Shown: positions 18,276-26,147 of the stretch, in pieces
Layout of the letters: every line of letters begins with the position of its first letter
Numbering within the stretch: position 1 is the first letter of the stretch
Assembly: GCA_965198115.1 (NCBI GenBank)
Contig: OZ240241.1
Location: forward strand, 640,001 to 704,000
Source of the DNA: Candidatus Latescibacterota bacterium
GTDB lineage: Bacteria > Latescibacterota > UBA2968
Direction: 5' to 3'
Length of the DNA: 64,000 nt
The notes under the pieces: generated by a model
The model's input: the letters and a program-made list of their open reading frames with translations, nothing else
Told to the model about the DNA's origin: nothing
Database searches by the model: none
Made by a program: the position numbers and the translations under genes

Positions 18276-18542
18276 ATGGCGGGTGAGAATCTGAATCGAG
18301 AGTTGGGCGCGATCCAGGCGACGCTGAACGCGGTGAAGGAGGACGTCCAGCGCCTGGACGTGAAGTTGGACGAGGTTCTTCATGCGATTCCCAGCCACGA
18401 AGAACAGCTAAAAAGCCACGCGGCGCAGCTCGCGTCATTTCGTGCGTGGCGCAACGGGCTGTTCGGTAAGGCCGTGGCCCTGCTCGGGGCCGCCGGCGCG
18501 CTCGGGGCGGGTATCAGCTGGTTCTTCGCTCGGACGAACTGA
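18276..18542 (+). CDS. Coiled-coil plus C-terminal TM protein (holin/XhlA-like)
   Basis: 88 aa, heptad repeats then a single hydrophobic helix; first late-region gene. Confidence 0.6.
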   Translation: MAGENLNRELGAIQATLNAVKEDVQRLDVKLDEVLHAIPSHEEQLKSHAAQLASFRAWRNGLFGKAVALLGAAGALGAGISWFFARTN

Positions 18543-20314
18543 TGAGAGCCCCCACTACTTTGGAGTTTGCGATGAAATATGACGGGAACAAACACATCCT
18601 GCTGCGGAACCAGGCGCACAAGGCGAAGCTGACACCCGAGGAGTTTTCCGGGTTCGAACGACACCTCAAAGAGAGCGGGGTAACGGTTTTCGATGTAGAG
18701 GTGCCCGATTGGCCGCCCGCGGAAAAGTCGCCTCTGCAACTTGGTGGTGGCAATCCGTTCGAGGGCGAGTCCTGGGAGGGCACTCAGCCGGCGATCTCCA
18801 ACTCGGATTACGCCGGGCGCCGGCTGGTCACGAAGCTCGCCCGTGAAATGGCCGGGCCCCGACTCGCGCCGAAACGACTGGCCTATCAATGGCAGGTTCC
18901 CGAATTCGATCCCGAGCGACACATTCTGATGCGCCAATGGCTGGCCGAAAATGAGGTGTCGATCGTCGATTTCCTTCGTGAATACATTCCCAAAGTCAGA
19001 AAAGAGATTGGACGAGATCCGCTGTTCGAGGTTGCAAACCCACACGCCCAGGCTGAGAGTGATGCAGGAGGGGGCTACAGTCCTACCCGCCGTGCGCTCG
19101 CCATTGACGACCTCCTTGTTCTGAATAAGTTTGCCCAAGTTTCGGAACGGTTCACCTACGACTCGGACCAGCCCGTCACCTGGGTGCGTGCCCTGGACGA
19201 CTCCCGCTGGGAAGCACGACGTCAACATCCTCCGCAGCAAGAGCGGTGGGAGAATCACCGCTCTTGGATTAACCGCACGATCGGTGATGGCGCCTGGACC
19301 GAGGAAGACCGAGGGCCGGAAGGCCATGCCTTCGGCCCGTTCATGGAGCTATGGGACGACGGGGCGATGCAGCTCTGGTGTTACAAGCGGGCACTATCTT
19401 TCCTCGAGGACAACGCGCTGATTATCAACGGTGTTTCCGTCTCTTTCACCCCGGAGAAGATCGGGCACGTGTGTCGCATGGTCGGTCACGTGGAAAATGT
19501 ATCCGCGATACTGGGCATTGCCCCCGAACGCATCCAAGCGGAAAAGAGAATACAACAACCGCTTAGAATCGACTGTCACTTCGAGCAAAAGGGCAACGGA
19601 CCGTTCTGGCATCTGGGAGCGAATCCGAGCTCGCCCTTCCATCGTGCAAGCGAAAGGCCCCCGCTGGTCTTCCGCTTGCACAACGACGGTTCAGGGCAAG
19701 TCCGTGCGTGGGGCGATAAGTCGCTGCTCGACGGTTTTACTCTGAATGGGGTTGGTCTGTATGACTTTGCGCCGTGGCAGTCCGGTTTCCGCATTCAGGT
19801 AGATGCGGCGGACACAGAGATAATTCTTGAACGTGATAGATCCTCGCAGCCTCTTCCTGTCGACCCAAAGCCATCTCCACCCAGCGACGTGACGGATGGT
19901 GCAAGTGCTTATTCTCCTGCATCAGTCATCAATGCGTTGCAAGAGACCTTGGGCCGAAGCGTGTCGCTATTTGGACGTTCTGCGTCTGATAGTGCGGTGG
20001 TCGCCCTCACCCGGCAGGGCCTGAATAAATTCCTGCTGGACGATTTGTCGGATCGTGACCTCTACGTGACCGACGCGGGAGGACGCAACTACGACTGCGA
20101 AAACTTCGCCGAGCGGCTGAGGGTTAATCTCGCAGTGGCGCACGGTGTGAATGGCTGCATGGTCATCTGGGGCGACGGTCATGCTTTCAACGCTTTCGCC
20201 GTTGTCGGTTCGGCGGGTCCTGACATCGTGCTCGTGGAGCCCCAGACCGATGAGATCGTGACCTCGCCGGAAAGGGAGTACAGCATCGAGCGCCGCGCGG
20301 AGGTGCTCCTGTAA
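18542..20314 (+). CDS. 590-aa protein with C-terminal papain/transglutaminase-like domain (MOA agglutinin C-terminal-like)
   Basis: YDCENFA...GHAFNAF...VEPQTD gives a Cys-His-Glu triad after a Pro-rich linker; the N-terminal ~430 aa are not recognised. Confidence 0.7.
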   Translation: MRAPTTLEFAMKYDGNKHILLRNQAHKAKLTPEEFSGFERHLKESGVTVFDVEVPDWPPAEKSPLQLGGGNPFEGESWEGTQPAISNSDYAGRRLVTKLAREMAGPRLAPKRLAYQWQVPEFDPERHILMRQWLAENEVSIVDFLREYIPKVRKEIGRDPLFEVANPHAQAESDAGGGYSPTRRALAIDDLLVLNKFAQVSERFTYDSDQPVTWVRALDDSRWEARRQHPPQQERWENHRSWINRTIGDGAWTEEDRGPEGHAFGPFMELWDDGAMQLWCYKRALSFLEDNALIINGVSVSFTPEKIGHVCRMVGHVENVSAILGIAPERIQAEKRIQQPLRIDCHFEQKGNGPFWHLGANPSSPFHRASERPPLVFRLHNDGSGQVRAWGDKSLLDGFTLNGVGLYDFAPWQSGFRIQVDAADTEIILERDRSSQPLPVDPKPSPPSDVTDGASAYSPASVINALQETLGRSVSLFGRSASDSAVVALTRQGLNKFLLDDLSDRDLYVTDAGGRNYDCENFAERLRVNLAVAHGVNGCMVIWGDGHAFNAFAVVGSAGPDIVLVEPQTDEIVTSPEREYSIERRAEVLL

Positions 20315-20320
20315 TCGCAC

Positions 20321-20491
20321 ATGAGCAAACTGGATCTGGACGCGATTGAAGAGATGTCGCGGTTGCCGTCGGGCGTCGCGTCGGCGCTGCGAAAGAAGTT
20401 GGTCTACCTCCAGGGCCAGGAGGCTGGCATCCACGTCGTGCAATCACGGATTCTTCGAATTCTCACTGAGAAGGAAGTGGAGCAGTCCTGA
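20321..20491 (+). CDS. 56-aa hypothetical protein (not in the ORF track)
   Basis: MSKLDLDAIEEMSRLPSGVASALRKKLVYLQGQEAGIHVVQSRILRILTEKEVEQS; fills the gap, and its stop overlaps repeat copy 2. Confidence 0.5.
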   Translation: MSKLDLDAIEEMSRLPSGVASALRKKLVYLQGQEAGIHVVQSRILRILTEKEVEQS

Positions 20492-20610
20492 CATTGTGAG
20501 AGTAGTACTCCTGCGCAGGGGATAGTTCCCGTAGGCCGCGGGCAGTAGCGAGCTGTAACGGCCGCATTCGATGGATTGGAGTTCCCATCGAGTGTCGGCC
20601 TTTTTTTGTT
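20488..20610 (+). promoter_or_regulatory. Structured leader/attenuator candidate, copy 2 (83-bp repeat plus intrinsic terminator)
   Basis: Repeat of 18054-18137; hairpin GGCCGCATTCGATGG/CCATCGAGTGTCGGCC followed by T7. Confidence 0.65.
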
Positions 20611-20665
20611 TCTGTGGCGCACACGTAACCCTGGTCGAATCGAACCCACCCACGAGGCAAATTCA

Positions 20666-20929
20666 TTGGCTGATTTATTCGAGAATTATTCAGCAGGCCT
20701 AACCTCGCCGCTGTCGCGCTCGGAGGTCGCCGACGTGTCGGCGGAGGACCACACGTTCACAAACGTCACTCGGGCCGTTCTCCTAAGCGAGGGTGTTGTC
20801 GTCATGCGGCTGGTGGGCGACGAGGCCGACTTGACGTTGACCGTGACCGGCGGAGCCTTCCTGCCGCTCAGGGTCGCGGTCGTGCGCAACACGGGGACCA
20901 CCGCGACGTCCGTGGTGGGGTTGTGGTGA
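20666..20929 (+). CDS. Head spike base protein, RcGTA Rcc01079-like
   Basis: TTG start after GAGG; ADLF...GLTSP...TRA...LPLRV..V..TGTTAT.VVGLW pattern. Confidence 0.75.
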   Translation: MADLFENYSAGLTSPLSRSEVADVSAEDHTFTNVTRAVLLSEGVVVMRLVGDEADLTLTVTGGAFLPLRVAVVRNTGTTATSVVGLW

Positions 20930-21378
20930 TGGCCGAAGTTGGCGTGGGGACGTCGATCACGATGACCTACGGCCGCATCGTCGCCGGGTCGAAGGGGCGA
21001 GTCCCGTTAACGGGAGAAGCTGTCCGCGCGACGATCACGGCGGGGGCCGACGAAATCTATCGGGAAGGGATTCACGGTTCTGCCACCGGCGACCTGGAGA
21101 TCACGAGCAGCCTGGTCATCAATCGCGTCCGGCTGCGGCCGGACCGCCAATTATTCACCGTGAACGTACGGGGTGACGACGCATTCCCTAGCTGGGTTTT
21201 TGGCGAAGGTGCCGGCAAATCCTTCTATCTCCTGATCGAGGGCACCGCGCATGAGTTTGAAGTCCAGGACTCGCGCTCCGGGGGCGGGTTTATAACCTGG
21301 GTTGCCGTCGACATCCCGGCACCCGATGCGGGCACCACGGTCACGCTGATCGTGGCGGATAGCGGAGCAATAGTGTAA
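20929..21378 (+). CDS. Putative head fibre/spike partner
   Basis: Coupled to the spike base gene; short VGVG N-terminus then beta-rich sequence. Positional inference. Confidence 0.5.
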   Translation: MAEVGVGTSITMTYGRIVAGSKGRVPLTGEAVRATITAGADEIYREGIHGSATGDLEITSSLVINRVRLRPDRQLFTVNVRGDDAFPSWVFGEGAGKSFYLLIEGTAHEFEVQDSRSGGGFITWVAVDIPAPDAGTTVTLIVADSGAIV

Positions 21379-21389
21379 GGGGTCAGCGG

Positions 21390-21794
21390 ATGAGTTTTGA
21401 ATACGAACAGCAGTACGCCTACAGGCTTAGCCAGCGCAAAGGCTTCCTGCTAGACCGTCAACTGCAGATGTATGGCGGAGAAGTCAACCATCCCCTCTTC
21501 AGCCCCCGGTCCACCGGGGTGATCGTGGAGCCGGGGTATGCGTGGGATGGCCCGAGCGGCCCCACGATCGACACGACGAACGCCATCCGGGCGTCACTGC
21601 TTCACGACGTGCTCTACCAAGCCATGCGTGAGAAGTTGATTCCAAGGAAACGCAACCGCCGCATCGCCGACGCAGCGTTTCGAAAGATTCTCAAAGAGGA
21701 CGGCATGCACTCCTTCAGGCGGTGGTTGTGGTGGATCACCGTCCGTCTGTTCGGAGGATACGCAGTCAAACCACAAACGAGGGATAGACGATGA
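21390..21794 (+). CDS. DUF1353 family protein
   Basis: GYAWDGPS...ASLLHDVLYQ...AD..F...VRLFG. Confidence 0.8.
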   Translation: MSFEYEQQYAYRLSQRKGFLLDRQLQMYGGEVNHPLFSPRSTGVIVEPGYAWDGPSGPTIDTTNAIRASLLHDVLYQAMREKLIPRKRNRRIADAAFRKILKEDGMHSFRRWLWWITVRLFGGYAVKPQTRDRR

Positions 21795-22198
21795 GTGTCT
21801 TGCTCGAAGATCTCAAGCGCGACGAGGGGTTTTCTCTGACGCCATATGAGGACAGCGAGGGCCTGCTGACGATCGGCTACGGCACGCTGATCGAGGAGAT
21901 TTCGAAAGAAGAGGCCCAGTGGCTCCTCGAGCACCGCCTGGAGAAGATCGTCGCCGAGCTCGTCGCTGCCGTGCCGTTCGTCGTCGATCTTCCCGCATCT
22001 GTCCAGCGTGGCCTGCACAACATGGCTTATAACCTGGGCGTACCTCGTCTCCTGGGTTTTAAAAACATGTGGGCGGCGTTGGAGGCTGGTGATTACGCGC
22101 GCGTGGCGACCGAGGCACTGGATTCGAAGTGGGCTGGACAGGTGGGCCCCCGTTCCGAGCGCATCGCGGCCTTATTCAGGAGCGCACAGGATGGCTAA
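21791..22198 (+). CDS. Endolysin, GH24 (T4 lysozyme-like)
   Basis: DEG...PYEDSEG..TIGYG catalytic E-D-T motif, NLG, SKWA.QVG.R. Confidence 0.92.
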   Translation: MSVLLEDLKRDEGFSLTPYEDSEGLLTIGYGTLIEEISKEEAQWLLEHRLEKIVAELVAAVPFVVDLPASVQRGLHNMAYNLGVPRLLGFKNMWAALEAGDYARVATEALDSKWAGQVGPRSERIAALFRSAQDG

Positions 22199-22739
22199 CC
22201 CATTCTCATCCCTGGGCAAGGCGGTCGGCAAGATCGCCCCCGGCATCGCGTCGATGTTGGGATCCTCGGCCGGTGGCCCCATCGGCAGCGCACTGGCTTC
22301 CGACGCCGTCAAGGGCGTGGCCAAAGCCCTGGGCGTAAAGACCGAAGCGCCTGAGGCCTTGCTGCAAGCCCTGGAGAAGGCCACGCCCAGACAGCTGGAG
22401 GCGATACGCGCGGCCGACCACGACTTTCAGGTGCAGATGCGCAAACTCGGCCTCGAAGAGGAGGCCATACACCACAAAGACCGTTTGTCGGCGCGGGGGC
22501 GGGAAACCCTCGTCGGCGGCCGCACCACGCCCGCCCTTGCCGCCGTGACCGTGGCCGGATTCGTCGGCACCGTGGCCGTGGTCCTGTGGCTCGAAGGACG
22601 CGTCGACTCATCGCTCGGCGACTCCGTCCTCGCCGGTGCCGTCGTCGGCTACATCTCCGCCAAAGCCGACCAGGTCATCTCCTACTACTTCGGCTCCTCC
22701 TCGACCAGCGACGAGATGATCAAGAATGGGAAAAAGTAG
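22191..22739 (+). CDS. Holin-like membrane protein
   Basis: IAPGIA..LG..GGP.G, DR.SAR.RE, two TM helices, YYFGSS; follows the endolysin. Confidence 0.7.
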   Translation: MANPFSSLGKAVGKIAPGIASMLGSSAGGPIGSALASDAVKGVAKALGVKTEAPEALLQALEKATPRQLEAIRAADHDFQVQMRKLGLEEEAIHHKDRLSARGRETLVGGRTTPALAAVTVAGFVGTVAVVLWLEGRVDSSLGDSVLAGAVVGYISAKADQVISYYFGSSSTSDEMIKNGKK

Positions 22740-22741
22740 AC

Positions 22742-23077
22742 GTGAGCGCCACGACCTTCGAACGCGATTCGTCGGCCGCCCGCGGCTACGCCCGCAGATG
22801 GAGGAAGGCGCGGGCGGCGTTTTTGCGAAAAAACCCGCTGTGTGTGATGTGCCGGGCCGAGGGCAAAACCCGAGAGGCTCACGTGGTGGACCACATCATC
22901 CCGCACAAGGGGGACAGGAAGCTGTTCTGGGATCGATCGAACTGGCAGGGCCTGTGCACGGCGCATCACTCGGGAGCCAAGCAGGCTCTCGAGCGGCGCG
23001 GCTACGGCAGGCAGGTAGGAGCAGACGGCTGGCCCCTGGACCCGAACCATCCGGCCAACCGTGGAGTTAGTTCATAA
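22742..23077 (+). CDS. Packaging-associated HNH endonuclease (HK97 gp74-like)
   Basis: RGY..RWRKAR..FL..NPLCVMC...VVDHIIPHKGD..LFWD.SNWQGLC..HH. Confidence 0.9.
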   Translation: MSATTFERDSSAARGYARRWRKARAAFLRKNPLCVMCRAEGKTREAHVVDHIIPHKGDRKLFWDRSNWQGLCTAHHSGAKQALERRGYGRQVGADGWPLDPNHPANRGVSS

Positions 23078-23086
23078 AGGGGGGAC

Positions 23087-23422
23087 TTACTCATAGCTGA
23101 GCCCTCGCGCCAGGAACGTTGTGGCGAGCTGGTTCAGGCTCACGCCTTCGGCCGCCGCGCGCTTGGCAAGTTGCATGTGCAGACTTTTGGGTATCCGCTG
23201 GACAAACTGTCCGCTGTAGGACTTGGGCTTGGGCAGCTCATCACGGTCTTCCCTTTCGGCAGCCACCCAGGCATCGAAGGCGTCGCGCGCTTCGGAGATC
23301 GCCTCCTCGAAGGTGGTGCCGTCGGCCATGCATCCAGGCAGATCGGGAACGAGGACCAGGAAGCCGCCGCCGTCCTCTTCGTGAAGGGGAGTAACCGTGA
23401 TGGGATAGTCTTCAAATCTCAT
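23087..23422 (-). CDS. hicB: HicB antitoxin
   Basis: PDLPGCMADG.T.EEA...YSGQFVQRIPKSLH..L...A..EGVSLNQ. Confidence 0.93.
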   Translation of the reverse strand: MRFEDYPITVTPLHEEDGGGFLVLVPDLPGCMADGTTFEEAISEARDAFDAWVAAEREDRDELPKPKSYSGQFVQRIPKSLHMQLAKRAAAEGVSLNQLATTFLARGLSYE

Positions 23423-23657
23423 GACTTAAGCCCTCTTCGATGAGTGTTACCAGATGCTTGATGTAGACCGGCTTGATGGGTTTGTGCATCGGGATTGTCA
23501 GATGATGGCCCCGTGCGTTCGTAAGGACGGCGTGACTGGTTCCGCGTTGTCGGAGCGTCAGGTTGTGGGCTTTCGCCACCGTCTTGATGTTGTCGGGCGT
23601 CCAATCGCCTTTGGGGTTGGACTTCATTCGGGTAAGCAGTTTAGCGGCGTTTCCCAT
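23412..23657 (-). CDS. hicA: HicA toxin (mRNA interferase)
   Basis: GTSH...LTIP.HKPIKPVYIK; overlaps hicB. Confidence 0.9.
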   Translation of the reverse strand: MGNAAKLLTRMKSNPKGDWTPDNIKTVAKAHNLTLRQRGTSHAVLTNARGHHLTIPMHKPIKPVYIKHLVTLIEEGLSHEI

Positions 23658-23663
23658 ACCTTA

Positions 23664-23692
23664 ATGATACTGTATATAGTATCTCATGTCGA
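23664..23692 (-). promoter_or_regulatory. hicAB promoter with overlapping inverted-repeat operator
   Basis: Minus strand TCGACA, 17 bp, TATCAT; inverted repeat GATACT-N6-AGTATC at 23666-23683. Confidence 0.6.
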
Positions 23693-23769
23693 GCAGTATC
23701 TCCCAAGGGGTAAGGGGGGTGTAAAACCCGCGAGCGTTCGGATGTAGACCGGTAGGGTCGTTTTTTTCT

Positions 23770-24222
23770 TTGGCGGCCAAAAATAAAAATCGGGCGGTGA
23801 GCGTGACGAAAAAGGGGTCAAAAGGGGTCAAGAAACGGCCGAGCCCGGGGAGGGGGCGTAGACCGAAGCCTCTGGCTCTGCACGTGGTGGAGGGGACGTT
23901 TCGTCGCCATCGGCACGGTGATCTCGATGCGGTTGTCGTGGCCGACCTCGAGATCGATCCTCCGAAGCGGCTTCCGCGTAAGCGGTTGCGGGAGCTGTGG
24001 GACCGGTATATCCGCACGGCATTTTGGCTGACGGACCACGACGGCCCGTCGGCGTATATGTGGGTGGTGCTGCAGGAGGAGTTCGAAAAGAATCCGAATA
24101 TGATAGCCTCGCGTATCGCGCAGCTCCGAGGGTTGGGAGCGGAGCTGGGGTTGAGCTATCGGAACAAGGCCCAAACCAGACCTGAAGGCCCGGAGTCGGA
24201 CAATGCCCGTTTCTTCGCGTAA
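23770..24222 (+). CDS. terS: Terminase small subunit
   Basis: GRRPKP..LHVVEGTFR..RH and ELGLS..R motifs of P27-like TerS; directly before TerL. Confidence 0.8.
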   Translation: MAAKNKNRAVSVTKKGSKGVKKRPSPGRGRRPKPLALHVVEGTFRRHRHGDLDAVVVADLEIDPPKRLPRKRLRELWDRYIRTAFWLTDHDGPSAYMWVVLQEEFEKNPNMIASRIAQLRGLGAELGLSYRNKAQTRPEGPESDNARFFA

Positions 24223-25993
24223 GGGTCCGGCGTGTCCGGACCCGGTCACGTCGTATGCGCGGGCGGTGTTGCGGAAGCGCAAGCCGATTGTCGCCGGTCC
24301 TTACGTGCGTGGGGCGTGCCGACGCCACCTGCGCGATCTGAAAGCGAAAGATCGGGGGCTGCGGTGGGACTGCTCCTCGGCTCTGCGCGCCATCGCGTTT
24401 TTTCGGGACGTGCTGCGCCTGAACTCCGGGGCGTATGAGGGTAAGCCGTTCGTCCTTCTGCCGTGGCAGTGCTTCTTGGTGGGGTCTTTGTTCGGATGGA
24501 AGCAGGAGGATGGGTATCGCCGGTTCCGCCGCGCCTATATCGAGGGGGGGAAGGGCTGTGGGAAGACGCCTCTTTGCGCGGGCATCGGGCTGTATATGCT
24601 GTGCGCGGACGAGGAGCCGCGCGCGGAGGTGTATGTGGCGGCTTACAACCAGGACCAGGCCAAGGTGATGTTCCGGGACGCGGTGGCGATGGTGGAGCAG
24701 TCGCCGGACCTGTCGTCTCGTCTGCATCTCTCCGGCGGCCAGGAGAAGGACAACATCGCATATGTGAAGACGGGGTCGTTCTTCCGTCCGATCTCGTCGG
24801 AACGCCAGGGGCGGGGCAAGTCGGGCCCGAAGCCGCACTGCGCGTTGCTGGACGAGGTCCACGAGCATCCGACGAACGCGACGGTGGAGTTTTTGGCCGC
24901 CGGCGTGAAGGAGCGGAAGCAGCCGCTGACGGTAATGACCACGAATAGCGGGTCGGATCACGAGGGGGTGTGCTGGGAATATCACGAGTATGGACGCAAG
25001 GTTGCCGACGGCACGCTCGAGGACGACGGGTTTTTCTCGTATGTGTGTGCCCTGGACGAGGGCGAGGACCCGTTTGCGGACGAGGCGTGCTGGGAGAAGG
25101 TGAACCCGAGTCTTCCATCGATCCCGGGTTACGATTACCTGCGCCAGCAGGTGCGTCCGGCGCGGTCGATACTGTCTCAGGCGGCCGTGGTGCGGCGTCT
25201 GAACTTTTGCCAGTGGCGTTCTGATGGCACGGAAGCGTGGGTTTTGGAGGATCTGTGGCGTTCGTGCCAGAGCGACGCTCTGGATTTGGGGGATTATGAG
25301 GGCGCCCCCTGCGTCGGCGGCCTGGACCTGTCGCTGTCGAGTGCCCTGACGGCGCTCGTGCTGGCGTTCGAGGCCGGAGCGACCGGAGCGTCCGGTGCGG
25401 GCGGCGAGCGTGCTTGGGACGTGTTTTCGTGGTTTTGGATGCCGGGAGATCGGCTTTTCGAGTTCGAACAAAATGATGGTGTAGTCGGCCAGTATCAGGC
25501 GTGGAAAGAGGCCGGACATCTGTTTGCCCCTGCCGGCAGGGTGATCGACTACGGTCACGCGGCCGACCTGATCGTCAAGCTGTGTGCCCGTTTCGACGTG
25601 CAAGCCATCGCTTACGACCGCGCCAAGATCGAGCTCTTGCGGGCCGAACTCGACAAGCTGAGCGCCGACGTGCCGCTGATCGAGCACGGTCAGGGTTTCT
25701 ACAAGGCCAAAGATACGGGCCTGTGGATGCCGGGGTCGATCGAGGCGACGGAGGCGGCGATGCTGGAAGGGCGTCTTCGTGTAAGTGCGAATCCGGTGTT
25801 GAGCTTGTGCGTGGCCAACACGCAATGCAAGCCTTCGTCGATCAACCCTTCTGATCGACACTTCGACAAGCGGAAGTCGTCGGGCCGCATCGACGGGTCC
25901 GTGGCGCTGGTGCAGGCAATCGGGGCGGCGTGCTACGCCGACCTCAAGCCGAAAGCGAGTATCTACAACGAGCGCGGGCTGCTGGTGATCTAA
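24203..25993 (+). CDS. terL: Terminase large subunit
   Basis: LLPWQ, Walker A GKGCGKT, LLDEVHEH, GLDLS, YDR, RIDG.VA. Confidence 0.96.
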   Translation: MPVSSRKGPACPDPVTSYARAVLRKRKPIVAGPYVRGACRRHLRDLKAKDRGLRWDCSSALRAIAFFRDVLRLNSGAYEGKPFVLLPWQCFLVGSLFGWKQEDGYRRFRRAYIEGGKGCGKTPLCAGIGLYMLCADEEPRAEVYVAAYNQDQAKVMFRDAVAMVEQSPDLSSRLHLSGGQEKDNIAYVKTGSFFRPISSERQGRGKSGPKPHCALLDEVHEHPTNATVEFLAAGVKERKQPLTVMTTNSGSDHEGVCWEYHEYGRKVADGTLEDDGFFSYVCALDEGEDPFADEACWEKVNPSLPSIPGYDYLRQQVRPARSILSQAAVVRRLNFCQWRSDGTEAWVLEDLWRSCQSDALDLGDYEGAPCVGGLDLSLSSALTALVLAFEAGATGASGAGGERAWDVFSWFWMPGDRLFEFEQNDGVVGQYQAWKEAGHLFAPAGRVIDYGHAADLIVKLCARFDVQAIAYDRAKIELLRAELDKLSADVPLIEHGQGFYKAKDTGLWMPGSIEATEAAMLEGRLRVSANPVLSLCVANTQCKPSSINPSDRHFDKRKSSGRIDGSVALVQAIGAACYADLKPKASIYNERGLLVI

Positions 25994-25994
25994 A

Positions 25995-26147
25995 ATGCGA
26001 AGGAGAGCGGCGATAGCGGTCTATGGTTTCCTGGGCGTGGGGGTCGTGTCGTGCGGCCTCTACCAGTGGTGGGCGCCGTCGGCGTGGATGTTCGCCGGAG
26101 CGTGTTTCATCGTCGACGCTTTGCTGCTGAAGCGGGAGAGCCGGTGA
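25995..26147 (+). CDS. 50-aa two-TM protein between terminase and portal
   Basis: Hand translation MRRRAAIAVYGFLGVGVVSCGLYQWWAPSAWMFAGACFIVDALLLKRESR; TGATG overlap with the portal start. Confidence 0.65.
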   Translation: MRRRAAIAVYGFLGVGVVSCGLYQWWAPSAWMFAGACFIVDALLLKRESR

